Shown in pieces: positions 1 through 12,200 of a stretch of 64,000 nt of DNA. The stretch lies in assembly GCF_025612915.1 (NCBI RefSeq), contig NC_069115.1, positions 8,295,492-8,359,491 on the forward strand. The letters are read 5' to 3'. This stretch comes from Crassostrea angulata (lineage: Eukaryota). A program made the position numbers and the translations under genes. Every line of letters begins with the position of its first letter. The first letter of the stretch is position 1. The notes under the pieces were generated by a model that had not been told where the DNA came from, ran no database searches, and saw only the letters and a list, made by a program, of their open reading frames with translations.

Positions 1-2743
1 ACTGTACTTGGGTGCTACAGATAAATCCATAGCAATCCTCGATGAACATAACAGTGATTGCAGTGTGAAAAAAATATTATGTAGACTGTTTTACCGTACA
101 TGTATCACTAGGTGAGATCCCTTCTCATTAACAGCATATTACACTAACATGCAGAATAAACTCTACGCACTGACATGCATATTTCGGTATTCATCTGATT
201 ATGTTAAGGCATGCATCATATGTACATGCATCTGAAAATAAGATAACGTATGGTACAAATCGTTAACTTTGACATTGATATGATTTATTATATAAGTGTC
301 ATTTTGATACAATATTAAGTTGGTAAGATGAATACAATGAATTCAATCACGCTTGAATATAATTTTACAGATTTTAATGATGGAAACCATGCTTGTTGCT
401 CCGAGGTACATGTGACGTATCATTTTCTCGCGTTGTGCACACTACATGTATTTACATCATAAAGGGGACGCAAAACAATCAAGTAAATGTTTTAAAGTGG
501 TCCATTATCAGCCATTTATCAAATTTGATTAAAAGTTTAATCAAAGAGACTTTGAAAATGTAAACATAATAAGAAACAATGTGAGCTTGTAGACATATTT
601 TGGCCCGTGGTCGATCAGAAGTGTATATGAAACATTGAAATGCTTATTAATAACTTTCTTATTAAATATTAGGTACCTGAGTTAATCTTAATCGCTACAT
701 ACATTGATTCACTACGTATATATAAACATGTTTTAAGTTATAAGTACACCGATACATGGCTCCTGGTAGGTACACGGCTCCTGGTGTAGGTACATGCTGC
801 CCACCCAGGCATCCAATACGATCAGTGTTCCGTCTCCGAGCGTCAGACATCTACCGCCTGATGTATTAAAACAAGCCAATAGGAAAACGCCAGGTATCGA
901 GGGCATCAAGCAGCTAAATGTTATTTGAGTCTGTACGCACCAATCGCACTAGATTACGTAGTTATCATTAATCTTCTGGCAGATGAGAGTCACGAAGCCC
1001 GTTGATGCAGACAGCCAATAAAGAGAATGAAAACACGGTCGCCGTACTTATGCAGGTTAAACGAACATATTTATTTACTTAATGGTTGAAAATAAAATCT
1101 TCACCAAAAATGATGAAACATACACTTTTTTCTGGTGCTAGTGTTCGTTATATTTCCTATGCCATTTTAAAAGCTATCTTCATTTCCTGGACATAGTCAA
1201 CATGGTACAAATGCTATCCTGAACCGCAATTATATTCCTGCAGCAGCTTTAAAAGTTGCAAAATCAGAAAATGGAATTCGAGAAGAGCGGAGATAATTTA
1301 GTTTTTGGGATCACGATTTCTTTTAAAGATCAACATTAGAAGTAGGGTTAAAAGCATTTGTCCATATTATACCAATGTACTTTAACATTGTGCTTTTAAT
1401 ATCAACTAGCAACTATTTTTTGCGTGTAATTTCCAAAAAGAGAAATGGTGCAATATCTTTATTTAATCTTGATTAGCTGTAATTAAGTATTAATTATTTG
1501 AACCTTTCTAATGTGTGATTGCTTTGACTGTGTTATTCAGTACCCTTCTGTTTCATCATCTGACTCCTTCCAATCTTAAACAATGTGGTAAAATGTTTGG
1601 CCGTATTTATACGTCTTACAATAGTTGCAGAACAAGAAATATAAAAATCAATTGTTTATAAGCTATTTGTAAAAATGAATTGCTGAGAGATCGGTTCTTC
1701 TATTGACTGGTTGTTTTAACATCATTTTTGGGGGGTTCACTGGGCAAAAGGATGTTATCGCACGAATAAAGAAATGATTAAACCCTATGTATTAATCATA
1801 TACATGTAATCGATTATAATCCTGTCAATTCACGTATAAGCATGTTTATGTTAATTATCTGGCTGCAAGCTCTGTACGCATTACACTTAAAGTTCTGTTT
1901 ACATTCATTTCTGCAGCAAAAATAAAGAAGACGTTGTCGTTTACAAAAAGGAAGATTTCGTTGATTCCTTTGCTTACACTTTTTATAACATAATTGCATA
2001 AAAAAAATTGTATTCGTTCATAGAACCCTTTTTATGAGAAGGTAAAAATATTAAATAGATCTTGAACAATGGAAGATCAAGTTTTAAAGGGTTTACTTTA
2101 GTGATCGTACACAAATAAACATCCTTTATCTATAATAAAGATCAGTTTTTGAAAAGATTTGTTTATAGATACATGCATAAGAAACGAATGTACCTAACTA
2201 AAAAAGCAATTGAAATACTCTCTGGATTCTAGTATGCATACTGTATTGTAAAGATATGTAAAGCTAAATAGTTCGTAACTTGAAGGTTGTTTTATCACGT
2301 GTTTGTGGATTACTATGTTACTTACCATGGTCAGGTCTTTTTTGATTCTTTTAATTTTTTTAAATATGATTTAAATATGTTTGCTATTAACATTGACAAC
2401 CAGGTGTTTATGGGTTTACTAGAAATATGTTATTTAAAATGGTCAGGTTTTTAAAAAGTATTTTATGTTTAATATATATAAATGCTTTTGAAACACCAAT
2501 ACTAAGAAAGTGTAAGTTGTGATGTAAAAATACATGAATGCAGCAATAAAAGACAACAATTGTCTTGTAAAAAAACCCGCAATTCCTCACTTATTGTCCC
2601 TTATAGGCCATATATTAAAATTTATTTTTTAAGTTATATTTGACTAAAATAGTAGATTGCTCAAGATTTATGGTAAACTTATAGTAAAGGCATACCCAGA
2701 ATATTTAGACCAGTACAACAGTTTTTTCGGTTGAAATATTTCA

Positions 2744-3372
2744 CCCCTGCGAATGTTTTTGTCATTTAAATTTAGACCACGTGGTTTTACTTGACCCTTT
2801 CAGTTTCTATTTCCTAGAATCTAGTTACATGTACTTGCAGTCAAATATAAAATCTATACTTTTTTTTTATTTTAAACTTTATATCCATTTATTGGTGGAT
2901 ACGCTGTACAATGAGTTCTAGAAAGAAATGGGACAATAGAAATAGGTTTTTATGATCTTGCAACAATTAACATGCTTAGAAGCGACCCCCCCCCCCCCCC
3001 GGATTAATTTTCAATCCGCGCCTGACCTAGTCATAGCATCAGTAGTGAAACAGACTATACTATTTTATGAAGGATGTTCCTTGAAATTGGCTCGATAAAC
3101 TATGTTTTAATTCAAAACAGACATTCTTTTATTTTTTGAAAAGCATGGTAATGCACACATAAGCATCAAACATGGCTATGATTTTATTATTAAAAGCAAC
3201 CCAATGTTTATATTTTAAGAATATTTTCCGAACACTTATACTTCCGCTCAAAATTTCACAGGAACTGAACAAATCTCGGGGAAGTCTCGAGAGCTTTCAT
3301 TCGAGCACCTCTGGATTTATTACATACTAAGCAACGATAAGGAAAACATTCCGAACACATTCGCAGGGGTGT
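2744..3372. repeat. Candidate MITE (~630 bp) bounded by the 15-bp inverted repeat CACCCCTGCGAATGT, containing a C15 homopolymer
   Basis: 2744-2758 CACCCCTGCGAATGT vs 3358-3372 ACATTCGCAGGGGTG; TATTT on both flanks; poly-C at 2986-3000. Confidence 0.35.
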
Positions 3373-3526
3373 ATTTGTCGACAGTTATATAGATTTTTAA
3401 ACCGATCTGGTGCATTTCAAAAGTAGAACTTTCTATTTCTCATTAACTTACTTTGTTTCACGTTTGACGCAATTTATAATTATATGAACTCTAACAATGC
3501 AATTTTTTTTTATTTCAAGACATGCC

Positions 3527-3533
3527 ATTATCA
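3527..3533. repeat. 7-bp direct repeat ATTATCA flanking the palindromic element on the left (candidate target-site duplication)
   Basis: ATTATCA lies directly outside the left terminus; an identical 7-mer sits outside the right terminus at 15323-15329; it is direct, not inverted. Confidence 0.6.
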
Positions 3534-4417
3534 GAGGTATAGAATAGGGTACTTTTTATATCCTATAACCAGGCACTATAACCAGGATGTGCGCATTCGC
3601 GAACCAACTTTCCATCGGGATCGGTAAACGATTGGGAGGAAATTCGAAAGCTATTTGGAGGAACTTCGAACTGATATATGTGCAATTTAAAAATGCGATT
3701 TTTATATGAAAAATATGATCAGAAGTGATAAAAATGTTATGTACATTAGATTTTACACCAAAAAATTAAATAAATAATTGAGAGAACAATCAAAATCAAT
3801 GTTACAGGAAAACAACAGGCACTTAGCATCGGAGGGGGGGGGGGGTTGGAATGGGGGCAGGGACAGGGGGACGGGGCCGCCCTCCAGCACACGTTTTCTC
3901 GCAGCAAATATTTTTCTTGAATTTACTTATAAAAAAGTAAATTAACATACAGTTGCACCCCCCAATGCTTTTGGGACCATGTAAAATTTGAAATGAAAGA
4001 GAGGAAATAAACTGTGAAATTGAAGTTAAAGGTACACTTAGCCCCCTACCCCCACGGATTAGGATTTTCAATTATTTAAAAAGTATTTTTGAGTTGGTTT
4101 TTTTTTTCAAGGCAAGATTGGATGAGTCTGCCCTCAACCCACTTTGCTACGATGCTGGGTGCCTGAACAAAATATCATGGTTTCATTACATACATGTATG
4201 CTAGTATAAAGACTTTATGTAAACCAATATTATCTCGTGCATTGTTCCATTCACCAGGTTCTACAAACACCTTAGTCCAAAATAAATAAAAAATCCAAGA
4301 CTAGGAGGGGAAGAAAGAAGAAATCTATTTTCCTTTTTTTTTTTACTCAGGAGCTATTTTGTTGGGGGGGGGGGGTATTAGGGATGAACAGGTCACTGAC
4401 CCCTTGTAGATCTACCA
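3534..4417. repeat. Left unique terminal inverted-repeat segment of the foldback element (contains G12 and G11 homopolymer runs)
   Basis: Reverse-complement match to 14401-15322 read by eye at ~98% identity; G-runs at 3834-3845 and 4365-4375. Confidence 0.8.
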
Positions 4418-7400
4418 ATGACCTATCACCAGGGTCTGTATACACATAACCAGGGTCAGTATACCCATCATCATGGTCTCCAGGGTCAGAGTACCTATCA
4501 CCAGAGTCTGTGTACCCTTCACCAGAGTCTGTACACCCATAACCAGGGCCAGTATACCCATCACCAGGGTCTCCATACCTATCACCAGGGTCAGAGTACG
4601 TATCACCAGAGTTTGTGTGCCCATCACCAGGGTCTGTACACCCATAACCAGGGTCAGTATACCCATCACCAGGGTCTCCATACCTATCACCAGGGTCAGC
4701 GTGCGTATCACCAGAGTCTGTGTGCCCATCACCAGAGTCTGTACACCCATAACCAGGGTTAGTATACCCATCACGAGGGTCTCCATACCTATCACCAGGG
4801 TCAGAGTGCGTATCACCAGAGTCTGTGTGCCCATCACCAGGGTCTGTACGCCAATAACCAGGGTCAGTATACCCATCACCAGGGTCTCCATACCTATCAC
4901 CAGGGTCAGAGTGCGTATCACCAGAGTCTGTGTGCCCATCACCAGAGTCTGTACACCCATAACCAGGGTTAGTATACCCATCACGAGGGTCTCCATACCT
5001 ATCACCAGGGTCAGAGTGCGTGTCACCAGAGTCTGTGTGCCCATCACCAGGGTCTGTACGCCAATAACCAGGGTCAGTATACCCATCACCAGGGTCTCCA
5101 TACCTATCACCAGGGTCAGAGTACGTATCACCAGAGTCTTGGTGCCCATCACCAGAGTCTGTACACCCATAACTAGGGTCAGCATACCCATCACCAGGGT
5201 CTCCATACCTATCACCAGGGTCAGAGTACGTATCACCAGAGTCTGTGCGCCCTTCACCAGAGTCTTTACACCCATAACCAGGGCCAGTATACCCATCACC
5301 AGGGTCTTCATACCTATCACCAGGGTCAGAGTACGTATCACTAGAGTCTGTGTGCCCATAACGAGGGTCTGTATACCCATAACAGGGCCAGTATACCCAT
5401 CACCAGAGTCTCCATACCTATCACAAGGGTCAGAGTACGTATCACCAGAGTTTGTGTGCCCATCACCAGAGTCTATACACCCATAACCAGGGCCAGTATA
5501 CCCATCACCAGGGTCTCCATACCTATCACCAGGGTCAGAGTACGTGTCACCAGAGTTTGGGTGCCCATCACCAGGGTCTGGATACCCATAACCAGGGTCT
5601 TCATACCTATCACCAGGGTCAGAGTACGTATCACCAGAGTCTGTGAGCACATCACAAGTGTCAGTATACACATAACCAGGGCCAGTATACCCATCACCAG
5701 GGTCTCCACACCTATCACCAGGGTCAGAGTACGTATCACCAGAGTCTGTGTGCTCTTCACCAGAGTCTGTACACCCATAACCAGGGCCAGTATACCCATT
5801 ACCAGGGTCTTCATACCTATCACCAGGGTCAGAGTACGTATCACCAGAGTCTGTGTGCCCATCACCAGGGTCTGTATACCCATAACCAGGGCCAGTATAC
5901 CCATCACCAGGGTCTCCATACCTATCACCAGGGTCAGAGTACGTATCACCAGAGTCTGTGTGCCCATCACCAGAGTCTGTACACCCATAACCAGGGCCAG
6001 TATACCCATCACCAGGGTCTCCATACCTATCACCAGAGTCAGAGTACGTGTCACCAGAGTTTGTGTGCCCATCACCAGGGTCTGGATACCCATAACCAGG
6101 GTCAGTATATCTATCACCAGGGTCTCCATACCTATCACCAGGGTCAGAGTACGTATCACCAGAGTCTGTGTGCCCATCACCAGGGTCTGTATACCCATAA
6201 CCAGGGCAAGTATACCCATCACCAGGGTCTCCATACCTATCACCAGGGTCAGAGTACGTGTCACCAGAGTTTGTGTGCCCATCACCAGGGTCTTCATACC
6301 TATCACCAGGGTCAGAGTACGTATCACCAGAGTCTGTGTGCCCATCACCAGGGTTTGTATACCCATAACAGGGCCAGTATACCCATCAACAGGGTCTCCA
6401 TACCTATCACCAGGGTCAGAGTACGTATCACCAGAGTCTGTGTGCCCATCACCAGAGTCTGTGCACCCATAACCAGGGCCAGTATACCAATCACGAGGGT
6501 CTCCATACCTATCACCAGGGTCAGAGTACGTGTCACCAGAGTTTATGTGCCCATCACCAGGGTCTGGATACCCATAACCAGGGTCAGTATACCTATCACC
6601 AGGGTCTCCATGCCTATCACCAGGGTCAGAGTACGTATCACCAGAGTCTGTGTGCCCATCACCAGGGTCTGTATACCCATAACCAGGGCCAGTATACCCA
6701 TCACCAGGGTCTCCATACCTATCACCAGGGTCAGAGTACGTATCACCAGAGTTTGTGTGCCCATCACCAGGGTCTGTACACCCATAACCAGGGTCAGTAT
6801 ACCAATCACCAGGGTCTCCATACCTATCACCAGGGTCAGCGTGCGTATCACCAGAGTCTGTGTGCCTATCACCAGGGTCTGTATACCCATACCATAACCA
6901 GGGTTAGTATACCCATCACCAGGGTCTCCATACCTATCACCAGGGTCAGAGGACGTGTCACCAGAGTCTGTGTGCCTATCACCAGGGTCTGTACACCCAT
7001 AACCAGGGCCAGTATAACCATCACCAGGGTCTCCATACCTATCACCAGGGTCATTATATCCATCACTAGAGTTTGTGTGCCCAACAACGGGGTCTGTACA
7101 CCCATCACCAGGGTCAGTATACCAATCACCTGGGTCTGTATACCCATAACCAGGGTCAGTATACCCGTCACCAGGGTCTTCATATCTATCACCAGGATCA
7201 GAGTACGTATCACCAGAGTCGGTACACCCATAACCAGGGTCAGTATACCCATCACCAGGGTATGTACACCCATAACCAGGGTCATTATACCCATCACCAG
7301 GGTATGTACACCCATAACCAGGGTCAGTATACCCATCACCACGGTCTCAATACCTATCACCAGGGTCAGAGTACGTATCACCAGAGTCTGTGTGCATGCT

Positions 7401-8560
7401 CATGACCAGGGTCTGTACATCTGTAGCCAAAGTCAGCATACCCATCACCAGGTTCTCAATACCTATCACCAGGGTCATAATGCCTATCACCAGAGTCAGA
7501 GTACGTATCACCAGAACTATAAAAATATCACCTGGGTCATTATACCTTTTAGTAGGGTCAGTGTTCGTAGTACTAGGGTCTGTGTGCCCATCATCATGGT
7601 CTGTATATTCATAACAAAGGTCAGTTTACCCTTCACCAGGGTCTCCATACCTATCACCAGGGTCAGCGTGCGTATCACCAGAGTCTGTGTGCCCATCACC
7701 AGGGTCTGTACACCCATAACCAGGGCCAGTATACCCATCACGAGGGTCTCCATACCTATCACCAGGGTCAGAGTGCGTATCACCAGAGTCTGTGTGCCCA
7801 TCACCAGGGTCTGTACGCCAATAACCAGGGTCAGTATACCCATCACCAGGGTCTCCATACCTATCACCAGGGTCAGAATACGTGTCACCAGAGTCTGTGT
7901 GCCTATCACCAGGGTCTGTACACCCATAACCAGGGCCAGTATACCCATCACCAGGGTCTCCATACCTATCACCAGGGTCATTATATCCATCACTAGAGTT
8001 TGTGTGCCCAACAACGGGGTCTGTACACCCATCACCAGGGTCAGTAAACCAATCACCCGGGTCTGTACACCCATAACCAGGGTCAGTATACCCATCACCA
8101 GGGTCTTCATATCTATCACCAGAGTCAGAGTACGTATCACCAGAGTCTGTACACCCATTACCAGGGTCAGAATACCCATCACCAGGGTATGTACACCCAT
8201 AACCAGGGTCATTATACCCATCACCAGGGTATGTACACCCATAACCAGGGTCAGTGTACCCATCACCAGGGTCTCAATACCTATCACCAGGGTCAGAGTA
8301 CGTATCACCAGAGTCTGTGTGCTCATGACCAGGGTCTGTACATCCGTAGCCAAAGTCAGTATACCCATCACCAGGGTCTCAATACCTATCACCAGGGTCA
8401 TAATGCCTATCACCAGAGTCAGAGTACGTATCACCAGAACTGTAAACATATCACCTGGGTCATTATACCTTTTAGTAGGGTCAGTGTTCGTAGTACTAGG
8501 GTCTGTGTGCCCATCATCATGGTTTGTATATTCATAACAAAGGTCAGTTTACCCTTCACC
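4418..8560. repeat. Satellite array, left arm: 105-bp higher-order repeat made of 5 x 21-bp subunits (consensus subunit CCCATCACCAGGGTCTGTACA), ~39 units, degenerating towards the centre
   Basis: Visible 21-nt periodicity grouped in fives; the ORF-track translations show a 35-aa period (ITRVCVP ITRVCTP ITRVSIP ITRVSIP ITRVRVR). Confidence 0.85.
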
Positions 8561-9227
8561 AGGGTCTTAATACTTTTACCAGGATAGTGTACGCATCAAT
8601 AGGGTCTGTGTGCCCATCACCAGGGTCAGTATACCTAACCAACAGTCAGTGCACTTATCATTAGGGTTTGTATATCCATTACCTGAGTCAGGTAATACTG
8701 ACCCTGTTGATAAGTAGAGTGACACTGGTGATAGGTATACTGATCCTGGTGAAGAGCACACATACCTTGGTGATACGTACACTCATGACCCTTGTGATAG
8801 GTATACTGACTCAGGTGATGGTTATTCTTACCCTGGTTATAGATTTTGAGATTCTGGTGTTACGTATGCTGACCTTAATATATCTACACTTTTGTGTATA
8901 CCGACTCTGGTGATGGATATATACTGACCCCTGTGATTGGCTACAGACCCTTGTGATACGTACACTGACTCTGTCGATAGGTATACTGACCATGGTGATA
9001 GAGAATGTGATAGATATACTGGTGATAAATGTACTGACTCTTGTGATAGGTATACTGACCTTGGAGATGGGCCCTCAGACCCACGGATGCGTACACTGAC
9101 ACTGCCGTTAGGTAAACTAACTCTGGTGATAGGTAATAGGTAGAGTTATCCTGGTGAAAGTCTACTGATCAAGGTAATGGATGTACAAACCCTGAAGATA
9201 AGTGCACTGACTGTTGTGATAGATATA
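8561..9227. repeat. Degenerate central junction of the palindrome; symmetry centre ~8680-8694 (TACCTGAGTCAGGTA)
   Basis: Diverged 21-bp subunits switch orientation around the near-palindromic 15-mer at 8680-8694. Confidence 0.6.
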
Positions 9228-12200
9228 CTGACCCTAATGATGGGCACACAGACTCTATTGATTCGTAAACTATTCCTGGTGATAAGTATTTAGACCCTGG
9301 TGATGGGCATACTGGCCCTGGTTATGGGGGTACAGACTCTGGTGATGGGCACACAGACTCTGGTGGTACGTACTCTGACCCTGGTGATAGGTATGAAGAC
9401 CCTGGTGATGGGTAAACTGGCCCTGGTTATGGGTGTACAGACTCTGGTGAAGGGCACACAGACTCTGGTGATACGTACTCTGACCCTGGTGATAGGTATG
9501 GAGACCCTGGTGATGGGTATACTGACCCTGGTTATGGGTATCCAGACCCTGGTGATGGGCACACAAACTCTGGTGACACGTACTCTGACCCTGGTGATAG
9601 GTATGGAGACCCTGGTGATGGGTATACTGGCCCTGGTTATGGGTGTAAAGACTCTGGTGATGGGCACACAGACTCTGGTGATACGTACTCTGACCCTGGT
9701 GATAGGTATGGAGACCCTGGTGATGGGTATACTGGCCCTAGTTATGTGTATACTGACACTTGTGATGGGCACACAGACTCACGTGATACGTACTCTGACC
9801 CTGGTGATAGGTATGAAGACCCTGGTGATGGGTATACTGACCCTGGTTATGGGTATCCAGACCCTGGTGATGGGCACACAGACTCTGGTGATACGTACTC
9901 TGACCCTGGTGATAGGTATGAAGACCCTGGTGATGGGTATACTGGCCCTGGTTATGGGTGTAAAGACTCTGGTGAAGGGCACACAGACTCTGGTGATACG
10001 TACTCTGACCCTGGTGATAGGTATGAAGACCCTGGTGATGGGTATACTGACCCTGGTTATGGGTATCCAGACCCTGGTGATGGGCACACAAACTCTGGTG
10101 ACACGTACTCTGACCCTGGTGATAGGTATGGAGACCCTGGTGATGGGTATACTGGCCCTGGTTATGGGTATACAGACCCTGGTGATGGGCACACAGACTC
10201 TGGTGATACGTACTCTGACCCTGGTGATAGGTATGAAGACCCTGGTGATGGGTATACTGGCCCTGGTTATGGGTGTACAGACTCTGGTGATGGGCACACA
10301 GACTCTGGTGATACGTTCTCTGACCCTGGTGATAGGTATGGAGACCCTGGTGATGGGTATACTGGCCCTGGTTATGGGTGTACAGACTCTGGTGATACGT
10401 ACTCTGACCCTGGTAATAGGTATGGAGACCCTGGTGATGGGTATACTGGCCCTGGTTATGGGTGTACAGACTCTGGTGATGGGCACACAGACTCTGGTGA
10501 TACGTACTCTGACCCTGGTGATAGGTATGAAGACCCTGGTGATGGGTATACTGGCCCTGGTTATGGGTGTACAGACTCTGGTGATGGGCACACAGACTCT
10601 GGTGATACGTACTCTGACCCTGGTGATAGGTATGGAGACCCTGGTGATGGGTATACTGGCCCTGGTTATGGGTGTACAGACTCTGGTGATGGGCACACAG
10701 ACTCTGGTGATACGTACTCTGACCCTGGTGATAGGTATGAAGACCCTGGTGATGGGTATACTGGCCCTGATTATGGGTGTACAGACTCTGGTGAAGGGCA
10801 CACAGACTCTGGTGATACGTACTCTGACCCTGGTGATAGGTATGAAGACCCTGGTGATGGGTATACTGGCCCTGGTTATGGGTGTAAAGACTCTGGTGAA
10901 GGGCACACAGACTCTGGTGATACGTACTCTGACCCTGGTGATAGGTATGGAGACCCTGGTGATGGGTATACTGACCCTGGTTATGGGTATCCAGACCCTG
11001 GTGATGGGCACACAAACTCTGGTGACACGTACTCTGACCCTGGTGATAGGTATGGAGACCCTGGTGATGGGTATACTGGCCCTGGTTATGGGTATACAGA
11101 CCCTGGTGATGGGCACACAGACTCTGGTGATACGTACTCTGACCCTGGTGATAGGTATGAAGACCCTGGTGATGGGTATACTGGCCCTGGTTATGGGTGT
11201 ACAGACTCTGGTGATGGGCACACAGACTCTGGTGATACGTTCTCTGACCCTGGTGATAGGTATGGAGACCCTGGTGATGGATATACTGACCCTAATGATG
11301 GGCACACAGACTCTATTGATTCGTAAACTATTCCTGGTGATAAGTATTTAGACCCTGGTGATGGGCATACTGGCCCTGGTTATGGGGGTACAGACTCTGG
11401 TGATGGGCACACAGACTCTGGTGGTACGTACTCTGACCCTGGTGATAGGTATGAAGACCCTGGTGATGGGTATACTGGCCCTGGTTATGGGTGTACAGAC
11501 TCTGGTGATGGGCACACAGACTCTGGTGATACGTACTCTGACCCTGGTGATAGGTATGGAGACCCTGGTGATGGGTATACTGACCCTGGTTATGGGTATC
11601 CAGACCCTGGTGATGGGCACACAAACTCTGGTGACACGTACTCTGACCCTGGTGATAGGTATGGAGACCCTGGTGATGGGTATACTGGCCCTGGTTATGG
11701 GTGTACAGACTCTGGTGATGGGCACACAGACTCTGGTGATACGTACTCTGACCCTGGTGATAGGTATGAAGACCCTGGTGATGGGTATACTGGCCCTGGT
11801 TATGGGTGTACAGACTCTGGTGAAGGGCACACAGACTCACGTGATACGTACTCTGACACTGTTGATAGGTATGAGGACCCTGGTGATGGGTATACTGACC
11901 CTGGTTATGGGTATCCAGACCCTGGTGATGGGCACACAGACTCTGGTGATACGTACTCTGACCCTGGTGATAGGTATGAAGACCCTGGTGATGGGTATAC
12001 TGGCCCTGGTTATGGGTGTAAAGACTCTGGTGAAGGGCACACAGACTCTGGTGATACGTACTCTGACCCTGGTGATAGGTATGGAGACCCTGGTGATGGG
12101 TATACTGACCCTGGTTATGGGTATCCAGACCCTGGTGATGGGCACACAGACTCTGGTGATACGTACTCTGACCCTGGTGATAGGTATGAAGACCCTGGTG

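Noticed and set aside
760-1060. Moderately GC-rich block with an 18-bp doublet (GGCTCCTGGTAGGTACAC / GGCTCCTGGTGTAGGTACA); a possible CpG island or promoter
   Set aside because: It has no nearby ORF, exon or TATA/Inr context that I could tie to a transcript, so this would be pure speculation.
3823-4071. ORF 3823-4071 (-) and its mirror 14865-15110 (+), encoding P/G-rich peptides
   Set aside because: They derive from the poly-G/poly-C homopolymer runs in the inverted unique segments. Being mirror images of each other is expected from the palindrome, not from selection.
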